Of a stretch of 64,000 nucleotides of DNA, positions 1 through 10,023 are shown one piece after another. The stretch spans positions 734,568 through 798,567 of the forward strand of contig CAZFGX010000001.1 of NCBI GenBank assembly GCA_964518565.1, given 5' to 3'. Made by a program: the position numbers and the translations under genes. Under the pieces are notes generated by a model that saw only the letters and a program-made list of their open reading frames with translations, did no database searches and was not told the DNA's origin. The stretch's first letter is position 1. Each line of letters begins with the position of its first letter. The stretch comes from an uncultured Gammaproteobacteria bacterium (GTDB lineage: Bacteria > Patescibacteriota > Microgenomatia > CAZETR01 > Amesbacteraceae).

Positions 1-3000
1 ACTTCTTGGGATGTTAGTAGCACTGGTGTAGCTAGCGGTCTCACTGGTCTCACTTCATCTGGAACTATCACTTTTTCCGGACTCAGTAGTGCTGGCCTAG
101 TCACAAACACCTCCGGTGGTGTACTTGGCACCACTACTACTATCGGCGCTGCATATATCACCGCCGATTCCTTAGACTTCACTGAATTCAAAGACTCAAT
201 GGCCCTCGACGCCGCCCTCACCATAGCGCAGGGTACTAATACTTGGACTCAGACATTCACCGGTACGACTGGTCCTGCCATATCTCTGACCGCCTCTGGC
301 AATGTTTCTTCTGGTAATGCCTCTGCTTTGTATATCAATGCTTCAAATGCCTCATCCAGTGTCTCACCTGTCATGATTAGTAATAGCTCTGCTCAACCCA
401 GTATCTGGATCAACGACGATGGTACAGATGCCGACAGTACTCCATTTGTAGTTGATGCCTCTGGCAATGTCGGAATTGGCGATTCAACACCAGACAATGC
501 CTTAGATATTGCCGGCACCACAAATGGTATCTACGGTATTGATGTCACCAACTCCAGCAACGGCTCGGGTGCCGTAACCACAGCCAGCTTCACCAACGAT
601 GCTTCAGCTCAAGTGCTAGTCGGTATGGGTGGTTCCAACGCCATCGCCAATGTATTAGGTAGCCGAGCATTTATGCAAAGCAACTCTACTTCAAACGGTA
701 TCTCTCTAGTCGCAAATGGATCAGCCGACGACATTCGCTTCTTCACCGGTGGCCAAGCCACTACCAATGAAAAACTTAGAATCTCAGATCTTCCTGCCGC
801 AGGGGCTTCCGGAGACATCATTTCCTCCACCTACACCTTAAATGCCATGGATGGCTCAGACACTGTCAATGCCATGATTCTCAGCCTTACCAACCCCAAC
901 CACACCATTGGCTCAAATGTGCTAAATGGCATAAACATTGCTGGTATTACAGGTGACGCAGATGCTACTGAAAACGCCTTCCAAGTTGGAACCGGTTGGG
1001 ACAATGTCCTCTCATACAACAACACCGCCATCATCAATGGTTCAGGCATACTACAATCAGCCGCTCTCTCAGGAACATATTCAAATGCCCTAACGCTCTC
1101 CTCAACTTCAAACGCCTTCACTGGTACCATTGGTCAATCCACAGCCCTAGCCGGATCATTCACCACTCTATCCTCAACTGGAGCCACCACCTTGGGCAAC
1201 AATTCTTCCACAGTTGCTATCGACACCACTTCTTGGGATGTCAGTTCAGCTGGCGCCATCTCCGGACTCACTGGATTCACCCAAGCATCCGGAGCCTTTT
1301 CCTCCACTCTTAGTACTACAAATACTGCCACTTTCAATTCCACCACAGCCAATTCTGACTCTATCGGTATCAAGCCCCAAACCACCACAGCTACTAATTC
1401 TTTCACTGGCACCATCACTTCAGATGATCTGACTGCTGCTCGCACCTGGACTCTTCCAGATGCCACCGGTACCATCTGTGTCTCTGGCCAATCATGTGCT
1501 TTGACCGGTACCGTCACTTCATCAGGCAGTTCTCTAAACACCCAACTCGCCTACTTTACTAGCGACTCAAATATCACCGGTAGCAGCACCTACACATTTA
1601 GTCCCAGCCCCACAACTGGTGCTGGTTTAGCACTTACTGGTTCTGGAGTGACTTCCGGATCACTCTCTCGCTTCACTGGATCTGGCGCCACCATGACTAC
1701 CGGTGGTGAACTCCTAGACTTAGTCATGGGTGCCAACACAGTTGGTGCTGGCATGACAATTACTTCTACTGGTGTATATACCGGAACTGGCGCTGCCGAT
1801 GGTCTAATAAACGTCGTCGCCAATTCTCTTACCACCGGGCTCGGATCTCAATATTCCTACACCGGTCTTACATCTGGATCTGGTGAAAGAGTTACTGGAT
1901 CTGGCGCTACCATGACTACTGGTGGTGAACTTCTAGACTTAGTACTTGGTGCCAACACTGTCGGTGCCGGCATCACCGTTACCTCTTCTGGTACCTACAC
2001 TGGCACTGGATCAGCCGATGGACTCATCAATGTAGTTGCCAACTCTCTCACCACCGGCGATGGTTCAAAGATGTCCTTCACTGGTCTGACTTCTGGCACA
2101 GGTTTAGAAATCATCGGCGGTACATCAATGACTACCAACGGTGAATTAGTAGACTTAAATATGGGTGCCGCCACAGCTGGAAATGGTCTAAACATAAATA
2201 CTTCAGGCGTCTATACAGGTACTGGCCTAGCCGTTCTTACTGCAAACGCCATGACCACAGGCCAAGCCATGAGTATCTCCACTACCGGACTCACATCTGG
2301 ATCCGCTCAAAGAATCACCGGATCCGGAGCAACAATGACTACTGGCGGCGAATTAGTAGATTTAGTTCTAGGTGCCAACACAGTTGGCGCTGGTATGACC
2401 ATCACTTCCACGGGCGCCTACACAGGTGTCGGCACTGCTGACGGTTTAATAAACTTAACTGCCAATTCACTCACCACAGGATACGCTAGTCAAATATTTA
2501 CCAACGGCCTCACCACTGGTAGATCACTAAACATCAATTCCACATCAACAGCATTAACTACTGGTAGTCTTGGATATCTCGAATGGGCTCCTGGCTCCAG
2601 TACCACCGCCACATCTGCAGATCTTTTCCGCATCAACATTGGCACAAATGGTAATCTGTCATCAGGCAATTTATTCAATGTCACAGATGCCGGCACCACC
2701 CTCTTCTCTGTCAACGAATCTCAAGTTACTTCAGCTCTTCCACACCAATTCACCGCCTCAGGAGACGTATCTATCGCCTACGATCTCAATTTCACCAATC
2801 AAACTTCCAGCTTTATCAAATCCAATTCCTCACTCACTATCCAATCAGGTGAAAGTTTCGAATCAAACAATCTGACTCTACAAACCTATGGTTCTGGCCG
2901 AGTTGTCTTTGATGTCAACGGTACAGCCAACGGCGGCATCCTACTTTCAAATGCTCCTTCTTCCCAAACTCCCAAAGGCTTATTCATGGTCTCGGGAACT

Positions 3001-4434
3001 GCCACAAACAATGCGCTGGCCATCTTCAATGAAACTGGCAGTGCTGCCATTCTTACAGCTTCAAACTCTGGCACAACCGTCATGACCCTCACAAATGGTT
3101 CTGGTGCAGATCTTATTATCGGTGCCGATGGTACCAATACTGCCGCCAACATTAGCGGCAATGGTCTACTCGCTTATGGCGCCATCTGTGCCGACGACAC
3201 TCTAGACACAGCCGACGATTGTATCGACGCTTCCCGCACAGCCGGAACAGTGTATGGAATTTCTTCCAGCTTCACCATCGATGACGTTGGCGAAAACTTC
3301 CCCACACTCGACAACAACATTCAAGCCGGTGATGTCGTCAGTACAGATTATCAAAGCATTCCCAATGAACCAGCTGCTGAAAACTACGCTTACGAAACTG
3401 AATTCGTTAAAAAAGCTACAAACGGAGATACTTCAAAAGTCTTAGGCGTAATCTCCGAAAAACCTGGCGTACTTCTCGGTGGCTGGGGTCAGAAAAAAGA
3501 TCCACGCTCAGTCAAAGACGTGGCCATTGCCCTTTCTGGTCGTATTCCAGTTAAAATCTCTCAAAACTCAGCTCCTATTCAAGCCGGAGATTATCTGACC
3601 ACCAGTTCCGAACCTGGAAAAGCCCAAAAAGCCACCAAACCAGGCCATATGATTGGAAAAGCTTTAGATGCCTGGAATCCTAATAGCGGAAAAGACACTG
3701 TCCTATTCTTTGTCCAAAATGGTTGGGCGGATCCAACCAATTTCCTTGCTTTCGATGACAGTGGAAATCTTGTAGTGCCTGGTACAGTGACTGCTTCAGA
3801 ATTTGCTGCCAAAACAACAGATATCAACAATCAAACAATTCAAATTACCAATATCAAATCAGAATTAGATGTCCTAAAAGATCAAGTTGCTTCTATCTCT
3901 GCCGAACTAGCCAATCTCCAAACAAACAACGCCTCTTCTAGTGGTCTACCAATAGATCAAAACTGGGCAATTTCTACAGATTCTGGCCGACTAGTGACCA
4001 CTCTAGCCGTTCAAGTACCTCAGCTCTCAGTTACTGGCAGACTCAATGTCGGTACACTCGTCTTTGACGACATTCTCTCAGACATCACTTCATTAACAGG
4101 CGAAATTTCTCTCAACGGTGGCGTAGTCACGATCGACGATCAGGGTAATATCACCACCACTGGCACACTAGCCGCCAAAGAAATAACCACTGAAAAAGTA
4201 AATATCCTCGGTACGGCGACAGAAAGTGCCTCACTTGGCAAAGCAGTCATCCCCACTGGTACGACAGAATTCAGTATCGACACTACAGCGGTCTCCACTA
4301 GCTCATCAGTCTTTGTTACTCCAGAAATCCCAGTTGCCATCTCCGCAAGTGCCACAGAATCTGGTAAGTTTGTAGTTCGTATCCCCCAAATTCAACCTAC
4401 TGATGTCAAATTCAGCTGGTGGGTCATTAACTAA
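1..4434 (+). CDS. Giant Thr/Ser/Gly-rich repetitive surface protein (adhesin or fibre-like), 5'-truncated by the window edge. It has a C-terminal coiled-coil followed by a globular domain.
   Basis: Frame 1 is open from nt 1 with no stop before 4432-4434, so the ORF-track start at 199 is only the first in-window ATG. Composition is dominated by T/S/G/N. There are four ~73-aa tandem repeats (TGSGATMTTGGELLDLVxGANTVGAG...). A heptad-like segment ITNIKSELDVLKDQVASISAELANLQ lies near the C-terminus. Confidence 0.7.
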   Translation, partial: TSWDVSSTGVASGLTGLTSSGTITFSGLSSAGLVTNTSGGVLGTTTTIGAAYITADSLDFTEFKDSMALDAALTIAQGTNTWTQTFTGTTGPAISLTASGNVSSGNASALYINASNASSSVSPVMISNSSAQPSIWINDDGTDADSTPFVVDASGNVGIGDSTPDNALDIAGTTNGIYGIDVTNSSNGSGAVTTASFTNDASAQVLVGMGGSNAIANVLGSRAFMQSNSTSNGISLVANGSADDIRFFTGGQATTNEKLRISDLPAAGASGDIISSTYTLNAMDGSDTVNAMILSLTNPNHTIGSNVLNGINIAGITGDADATENAFQVGTGWDNVLSYNNTAIINGSGILQSAALSGTYSNALTLSSTSNAFTGTIGQSTALAGSFTTLSSTGATTLGNNSSTVAIDTTSWDVSSAGAISGLTGFTQASGAFSSTLSTTNTATFNSTTANSDSIGIKPQTTTATNSFTGTITSDDLTAARTWTLPDATGTICVSGQSCALTGTVTSSGSSLNTQLAYFTSDSNITGSSTYTFSPSPTTGAGLALTGSGVTSGSLSRFTGSGATMTTGGELLDLVMGANTVGAGMTITSTGVYTGTGAADGLINVVANSLTTGLGSQYSYTGLTSGSGERVTGSGATMTTGGELLDLVLGANTVGAGITVTSSGTYTGTGSADGLINVVANSLTTGDGSKMSFTGLTSGTGLEIIGGTSMTTNGELVDLNMGAATAGNGLNINTSGVYTGTGLAVLTANAMTTGQAMSISTTGLTSGSAQRITGSGATMTTGGELVDLVLGANTVGAGMTITSTGAYTGVGTADGLINLTANSLTTGYASQIFTNGLTTGRSLNINSTSTALTTGSLGYLEWAPGSSTTATSADLFRINIGTNGNLSSGNLFNVTDAGTTLFSVNESQVTSALPHQFTASGDVSIAYDLNFTNQTSSFIKSNSSLTIQSGESFESNNLTLQTYGSGRVVFDVNGTANGGILLSNAPSSQTPKGLFMVSGTATNNALAIFNETGSAAILTASNSGTTVMTLTNGSGADLIIGADGTNTAANISGNGLLAYGAICADDTLDTADDCIDASRTAGTVYGISSSFTIDDVGENFPTLDNNIQAGDVVSTDYQSIPNEPAAENYAYETEFVKKATNGDTSKVLGVISEKPGVLLGGWGQKKDPRSVKDVAIALSGRIPVKISQNSAPIQAGDYLTTSSEPGKAQKATKPGHMIGKALDAWNPNSGKDTVLFFVQNGWADPTNFLAFDDSGNLVVPGTVTASEFAAKTTDINNQTIQITNIKSELDVLKDQVASISAELANLQTNNASSSGLPIDQNWAISTDSGRLVTTLAVQVPQLSVTGRLNVGTLVFDDILSDITSLTGEISLNGGVVTIDDQGNITTTGTLAAKEITTEKVNILGTATESASLGKAVIPTGTTEFSIDTTAVSTSSSVFVTPEIPVAISASATESGKFVVRIPQIQPTDVKFSWWVIN
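1672..2540 (+). repeat. Four tandem coding repeats of ~219/219/204/225 nt inside the giant surface-protein gene
   Basis: Repeat unit F/VTGSGATMTTGGEL(L/V)DLV(M/L)GANTVGAG(M/I)T(I/V)TS(T/S)G.YTGTG.ADGLIN(V/L)(V/T)ANSLTTG recurs at nt 1672, 1891, ~2110 (diverged) and ~2314 in the translated frame. Confidence 0.8.
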
Positions 4435-4435
4435 C

Positions 4436-7400
4436 ATGCGTATCAAAAAACCCAAATTCACCAAGAAAAAATTCTTTAGTTTTATCAGCAGTTTATTTCT
4501 TTTTATCGGAATTGCGGCAGTCTTTATGCGGCTTACAGCACCGGCAATCGAAGCCGCTTGGTTCGATGATACGTATGCCTATCGTGTCAAACTCATTTTT
4601 ACCCACAATGCCACTATTGGTGACCCTCGAGCCGTGACTTACAGGCTCGATACCGCCGAACTCATTTCGGCCAACATGATGCAATCAGATTGTGATGATA
4701 TTCGGTTTACAGATGTAAATGGCAAATCATTACTCTATGACCTTACAGGCACTTGCAACAACGCCACCACTGCATTTGAAATAGTTTTTCCCAACATAGT
4801 AAACGGATCAAATATTGCCTATGCGTATTACGGCAGTCCAAATGCCGTGAACGGTGAAATCGACTCTACCCAATTTACAGCTCTCACCCCATCTGGAGGC
4901 GATCCATCAGACGAAACCGCACCCACCACCAATCAAGAAGTAGGCCCCGGCCCAATTCTGTATTGGAAATTTGATGAAAAAGTCGGCACTACTGCATATG
5001 ACAGCACCTTAAACAGAAACAACGGCACGGTTGATTCTGCTTCTTATTGGAAAACTCCAGATTTATGTGCCAGTGGTCCATGTATTTATTTCACCGGTGG
5101 CAACAATCGTGTTTCCAAAAGTTACAGTTCAGATACTGAACTTGATCCTGGCAGTGGCAGTATGACTATCTCAGCCTGGACAAAACGTTCAGCCACAGCT
5201 ACTGATACAGACTATATCGTTTCCCGCGAATCTACCGGTGGATACAACTTATATATGAACAGTAGCGGCAATCTGTGTTTTGAAATCAAATCCGGCGCCA
5301 ACACAGACACTGCCTGCTCCACCACAACCTATGTAGATTCTACTTGGCACTATATCACTGGAGTAAAAAATGCCACCACATCAATAACTCTCTATATAGA
5401 TGGCAAACAAATGGGTCAAGACGCATCAATATCCGCCACCGGTTCAATCAGCGGTTCGTCCCCTACATTTTCCGTTGGTAGAAATTCCGACGGCGTCACT
5501 ACAAATGAATGGGTAGGTTTTATAGATGAAGTCAAATACTACAATTACGCCAAATCCGCCACTCAAGTACTGAATGAATTTAGCACCAAAACTCAATCAA
5601 AAGGTACCAATGCATCTTTTGGCGATAGTAGCACTACAAATCTTTCCAGCAATGGCCTGATGGGCTATTGGAAAATGGATGAGTACACCTCAAATCTCTG
5701 TTCAGGCGGCGCAAATGATAGTTGTGACTCATCTGGAAACAGTAATGATGGTCTATGGAATGGCAATGTCGCCGCCGTCTCTGCCACCAAATATTTTTAC
5801 GGCACATCCTACGACGGTACTGGAGATTATGTTGGCACTTCAAACAATAATTCAGTCAAAGGTAAATCCCAAGTTTCGGTGTCTATGTGGATCTACCCCA
5901 CAACAGTCAATTCCGTCCAACGAGACATCTATGCCGAACCCATAAATGCCGATGATTCAAATCGTTTTGAGCTAATGCTAGATTCTGACAACGCTATGTA
6001 TTTTGGTGGCCGCAGCACCGACACCAACAGTTTTGAAGATTGGGCAGATGGCACTACTACTATTAGTGCAAATAATTGGTATCACATTGTCGCTATATAC
6101 GACGGTGTAACCGGTAAACACAAACTATATGTCAACAATATTCTCCAAGACTCTTTCTCGACCACCCCAAGAGCCTTTGACAACACAAATCCATTTGCAG
6201 TCCCAAGAATTGGCGCCAACACTCTCGGAACTACTGGATTCATAGGCCGAATCGACGAAGTCAAACTTTACAGCCGAGCCCTAAGTGCCAATGAAGTCAC
6301 CAATTTATACGATGTTGGACCTGGTCCAGTCGGATATTACAAACTCGATGAAGCCGGTGGCACTACTGTGACAGACAATGCCAGCGCAAATACAGGAGTT
6401 CTCACTTCTAGTCCTGTTTGGGTCACCGGCAAATACGGACAAGGTCTAAAATTTGACGGCAGTGCTTCGTATGTCCGTGGCGACTCCCCTTCTACAAACT
6501 TAGCCTTAGTAGAAAATGTCACTGTCTCTGCCTGGGTCTATCGCCGCGTCGCCGGGGCCAATCACACCGTCGTCGAATATGCTTCAAATGGTGAAACCGA
6601 AACCACCAACGAAGCCTACAGTTTATTAATCAACTCGACAAACAATCTGGAGCTAAATTGGGAACATAGCACAGGGACAAACGATAGCACTGTTTCCACC
6701 GCCACGCTAACGACCACCTCCGGCGCCTGGATTCATGTCGCCGCAGTACGAGATATAAACAACAACACCGTCAAATTTTACGAAAATGGCGTTCAGTTAG
6801 GCACTACGGTTTCATATACAAACGATCCATCTGGTTCAGACAGCTCGTCAAATCGTATAGATATCGGTCGAGATGCCAGCAATGGTACAAACTATTTTGA
6901 CGGCACGATAGATGATGTAAGAATTTATAACTACACGCTCACCCCCAAACAATTAGCCATTGAAATGAATGCCGACCATCCCACAGTTGGCACACCCGTC
7001 GGCGCATATATCTCCTATTGGCCATTTGATGAAGGACGGGGTACTACGGCCAATGACAAATCATTAAATGCCGACAATCTCACTCTTTCCACTTCATCCT
7101 GGACCAGCACTGGAAAATTTTTCAATGCCTGGAATGGCCTTGGTACAAACTACATCTCTCGGTCAAATGACAGTGATTACGATGTCGACACCAACAGTTT
7201 TTCAATTAGTTTTTGGTTCAAGTCAGACAACAGCGGCGGCTCAGGTACCCAGTACATAGTAAACCGTGCCTCGTCCACCATCGCCGGATTTGCCGTCTAT
7301 GGAAATTCTTCTGGAAACATTGTCTTTGGCGTGGACGACGACACCAGCTGGGGGCCAGATGCCATCGTCACCTCTTCCAGCAATTTATACAATCAAGCCT

Positions 7401-9070
7401 GGCATCACATTGTCGCCGTAAAAACCGATACTTCCAGATTAGACCTGTATGTCGACGGCAAGCTAAATGCCTCAACAACTACTGGTGTTCCCACTGGCTC
7501 TCTTTCAAACGACCTTACCTTATATATAGGTGATCGCGACGGTACAGACAATGGCGATGAAGCCTTGGTGGATCTTGATGAAGTCAAAATTTATTCTGGC
7601 GCCTTGTCTCTTCAAGATGTCCAAGTCGAATACAATCACGCTTCCCAAACCCAACTCGGATCGCTCTCCACCAGTTCAGATGGTGTCACCATAGCAAACG
7701 ATACTGCACGTGGATACTGTGTCCCTGGCGATACCTCTACATGCAACACCCCAGTCTTAGAATTACAAATGGATGAAAACTCAGGCACATCAGCATTTGA
7801 CACCTCCGGAAATGGCAACACCGGCACACTCACGTTAGGCCCCACCTGGACAGCAGGCAAATTAGGCCCAGCCGTAAGTTTCGACGGCTCAGACGACTAC
7901 ATCACCGTTACAGACGCCAACAGTTTAGATCTCACCACCAGCGGTTCAGCCATGGCCTGGGTACGTCGAACCAGCACAGGTACTTACGACACGATCCTAG
8001 GCAAAGGTGCAGCAAACGCTGCAGCATCCCACAATTACGCTATGGAATTTACCGATACAAACACAATGGATGTCATTGTCGGTGGTGGTGGTGTGAGTGG
8101 CCAAACTTGCAACGACGGTTCTACGACATTTACAGACACCACCAACTGGCATCACTATGCTATGACGTGGGACAATTCAAATATACGTTTCTATTACGAC
8201 GGTAAACAAGCATTCAGTTGTACTCAAACTGTAGCAGGCACGGCAAATACAGCAGCATTATTAATAGGAATGTTTGGCGGAAGTGTGGACAATCTCGCCG
8301 GACAAATAGACTCAGTCAAAGTCTACAATTACACTCGCAGCGCATCTCAAATATCCTGGGATTACAACCAAGGCAAATCAGTCGCATATTGGAAATTTGA
8401 TGAATGTCAGGGATCTACTCTCTATGATTCATCTGGTGGCGGCTACAATGGTACTTGGAATGGCGCTTCCAGCGGCACTCAAACATCAGTCGGCTCATGC
8501 AACACTTCAAGTACTGCCTGGGGCAATGGCGCTACTGGCAAATTCAGTTCATCACTAAACTTTGACGGTACAAACGACTATGTCGAAGTCGCAAATGCCG
8601 CAGCATTAAATTATGTTTCTAGACCATTTAGTATTTCTGTATGGCTCAATAAAGGTAGTTCATTTGGCTCAACCTTTGCCCGCGTAGTAGACAAAATTAG
8701 TGCCGGCACAGGAAATGGCTATGGAATAGATATGCACGACACAACCATTCGCATCTTGGGTAGCACCAGCGTTGGCTTTACCTACTCTACCTCATCCAGC
8801 ACCTGGTACCATCTCGTAGCCACATATGACGGATCAAGTACTGGTACTTTATATATAAATGGAAACTTAGTTAGTTCTGGCTCATATGCAGCAGCCAATG
8901 CCTACACCGGCACACTTCGTATCGGTGCCGCCAGCGACGCCACCTCACCATTTACCGGTAAAATTGATGAAGTACAAATATTCCCCTATGCACTCACCGC
9001 CAGACAAGTAAAAACCATTTACAACCAAAACTCTGCCATTCGCTTTGGTCCACAAACTGGTACACCCTAG
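4436..9070 (+). CDS. Giant secreted or membrane-anchored protein with an N-terminal TM/signal anchor and at least six concanavalin-A-like/LamG (LamG_3-type) lectin domains
   Basis: N-terminal hydrophobic helix FFSFISSLFLFIGIAAVFM. Six recurring jelly-roll C-terminal strands: IDEVKYYNYAKSATQV, IDEVKLYSRALSANEV, IDDVRIYNYTLTPKQL, LDEVKIYSGALSLQDV, IDSVKVYNYTRSASQI, IDEVQIFPYALTARQV. Start placed at the ATG at 4436 immediately after the upstream stop; the track start at 4403 would overlap by 32 nt. Confidence 0.75.
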   Translation: MRIKKPKFTKKKFFSFISSLFLFIGIAAVFMRLTAPAIEAAWFDDTYAYRVKLIFTHNATIGDPRAVTYRLDTAELISANMMQSDCDDIRFTDVNGKSLLYDLTGTCNNATTAFEIVFPNIVNGSNIAYAYYGSPNAVNGEIDSTQFTALTPSGGDPSDETAPTTNQEVGPGPILYWKFDEKVGTTAYDSTLNRNNGTVDSASYWKTPDLCASGPCIYFTGGNNRVSKSYSSDTELDPGSGSMTISAWTKRSATATDTDYIVSRESTGGYNLYMNSSGNLCFEIKSGANTDTACSTTTYVDSTWHYITGVKNATTSITLYIDGKQMGQDASISATGSISGSSPTFSVGRNSDGVTTNEWVGFIDEVKYYNYAKSATQVLNEFSTKTQSKGTNASFGDSSTTNLSSNGLMGYWKMDEYTSNLCSGGANDSCDSSGNSNDGLWNGNVAAVSATKYFYGTSYDGTGDYVGTSNNNSVKGKSQVSVSMWIYPTTVNSVQRDIYAEPINADDSNRFELMLDSDNAMYFGGRSTDTNSFEDWADGTTTISANNWYHIVAIYDGVTGKHKLYVNNILQDSFSTTPRAFDNTNPFAVPRIGANTLGTTGFIGRIDEVKLYSRALSANEVTNLYDVGPGPVGYYKLDEAGGTTVTDNASANTGVLTSSPVWVTGKYGQGLKFDGSASYVRGDSPSTNLALVENVTVSAWVYRRVAGANHTVVEYASNGETETTNEAYSLLINSTNNLELNWEHSTGTNDSTVSTATLTTTSGAWIHVAAVRDINNNTVKFYENGVQLGTTVSYTNDPSGSDSSSNRIDIGRDASNGTNYFDGTIDDVRIYNYTLTPKQLAIEMNADHPTVGTPVGAYISYWPFDEGRGTTANDKSLNADNLTLSTSSWTSTGKFFNAWNGLGTNYISRSNDSDYDVDTNSFSISFWFKSDNSGGSGTQYIVNRASSTIAGFAVYGNSSGNIVFGVDDDTSWGPDAIVTSSSNLYNQAWHHIVAVKTDTSRLDLYVDGKLNASTTTGVPTGSLSNDLTLYIGDRDGTDNGDEALVDLDEVKIYSGALSLQDVQVEYNHASQTQLGSLSTSSDGVTIANDTARGYCVPGDTSTCNTPVLELQMDENSGTSAFDTSGNGNTGTLTLGPTWTAGKLGPAVSFDGSDDYITVTDANSLDLTTSGSAMAWVRRTSTGTYDTILGKGAANAAASHNYAMEFTDTNTMDVIVGGGGVSGQTCNDGSTTFTDTTNWHHYAMTWDNSNIRFYYDGKQAFSCTQTVAGTANTAALLIGMFGGSVDNLAGQIDSVKVYNYTRSASQISWDYNQGKSVAYWKFDECQGSTLYDSSGGGYNGTWNGASSGTQTSVGSCNTSSTAWGNGATGKFSSSLNFDGTNDYVEVANAAALNYVSRPFSISVWLNKGSSFGSTFARVVDKISAGTGNGYGIDMHDTTIRILGSTSVGFTYSTSSSTWYHLVATYDGSSTGTLYINGNLVSSGSYAAANAYTGTLRIGAASDATSPFTGKIDEVQIFPYALTARQVKTIYNQNSAIRFGPQTGTP

Positions 9071-9122
9071 CTAGCTTATACCCCTTGACTCAAATAGATC
9101 AAAGTAATAATCTGTACATCAG

Positions 9123-9320
9123 ATGACATCAGCAAATCTTTCCGAACTTCCAGACCTTCTCACTGTCAAAGAAGTCGCTGCTGTCTTACGAGTTTCAGTT
9201 CTTACAGTCAAACGCTGGGGCAAACGCGGTAAGCTCGTCCCTATCCGTATCAACTCCCGCGGCGATCGTCGCTACAAAAAAGAAGCCGTCCAATGGCTTC
9301 TCGGAATAACTCCTAAATAG
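9123..9320 (+). CDS. Small helix-turn-helix DNA-binding protein of the excisionase/MerR-like (HTH_17) family
   Basis: LTVKEVAAVLRVSVLTVKRWGKRGKLVPIRI matches the excisionase-family HTH signature. 65 aa. Confidence 0.6.
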   Translation: MTSANLSELPDLLTVKEVAAVLRVSVLTVKRWGKRGKLVPIRINSRGDRRYKKEAVQWLLGITPK

Positions 9321-10023
9321 CAAACTCCTGAATCTTATCTCCTACCCGCACCATATAGTTCCCCTTGGTCAAATCCAATATTTTTCCAATATATCCATTA
9401 TCTCCCACTCCTGTCATTGGTAACTGTTGCCACTCACTCGCACCAACTGATTTATATTCCACTAGATCCACCTTCTGTCGACTTACCACCGTTACCAAAA
9501 CAGAACGAGAATCTATAGGCAAAACAGAAATACTAAATATTTCAGACTTTGCCCCCACCTGGGTATTCTGAGACCGAGAAGCCAATTTCATACTTACCCA
9601 CAATCCACCCAATAGAAAAACAGCCACAAAGCTCAAAAATAATACCCGCGGCGCACTAGCAGGTTTTGATCCCGCTGCTCCATCACTAATCTTTTGTACA
9701 AACAGCCCATCTCCTCCATACCAACGTTTTCCACAGCGCACACAATATCGTACTTCAATAGTCACTGGCACATCTTCGCCCACATATCGCTGCAACATCA
9801 TTCCATCTTGAGGACACACACCAGTACCCCCCTTTAACCATAAGGAATCGATTTTTACTCGCCTCATGGCAACGAGCGCATGGGGATCGATCTCAGAAAA
9901 TGTATGCGCATCAGCCCAAAATCCCCCACAATGAAAACATCTGTACAAAAATTTTCCATCGATTTGTATATCGGACAATCGCGAACCACAATCAGGGCAT
10001 TTCATCTTGTTTAGTATACTCAA
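9313..10023 (-). CDS. Membrane protein with two N-terminal zf-TFIIB-like zinc ribbons, one TM helix and a C-terminal extracytoplasmic domain (paralog A)
   Basis: MKCPDCGSRL...YRCFHCGGFWAD and CPQDG...CVRCGKRWYGGD fit the CPxCG...CxxCGG(F/I)W(L/A)D pattern. Hydrophobic segment VLFLSFVAVFLLGGLWV. Confidence 0.55.
   Translation of the reverse strand: MSILNKMKCPDCGSRLSDIQIDGKFLYRCFHCGGFWADAHTFSEIDPHALVAMRRVKIDSLWLKGGTGVCPQDGMMLQRYVGEDVPVTIEVRYCVRCGKRWYGGDGLFVQKISDGAAGSKPASAPRVLFLSFVAVFLLGGLWVSMKLASRSQNTQVGAKSEIFSISVLPIDSRSVLVTVVSRQKVDLVEYKSVGASEWQQLPMTGVGDNGYIGKILDLTKGNYMVRVGDKIQEFAI

Noticed and set aside
609-4355. Numerous 60-135-aa ORFs on the minus strand and in alternative plus frames inside the giant surface-protein gene (e.g. 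609..830, 831..1130, 1134..1541, 2886..3161)
   Set aside because: They are antisense or alternate-frame readings of low-complexity Thr/Ser/Gly-coding repeats. They have no independent start context, are fully embedded in a long coherent ORF, and are compositionally biased (Pro/Val/Ala-rich mirror of the sense frame).
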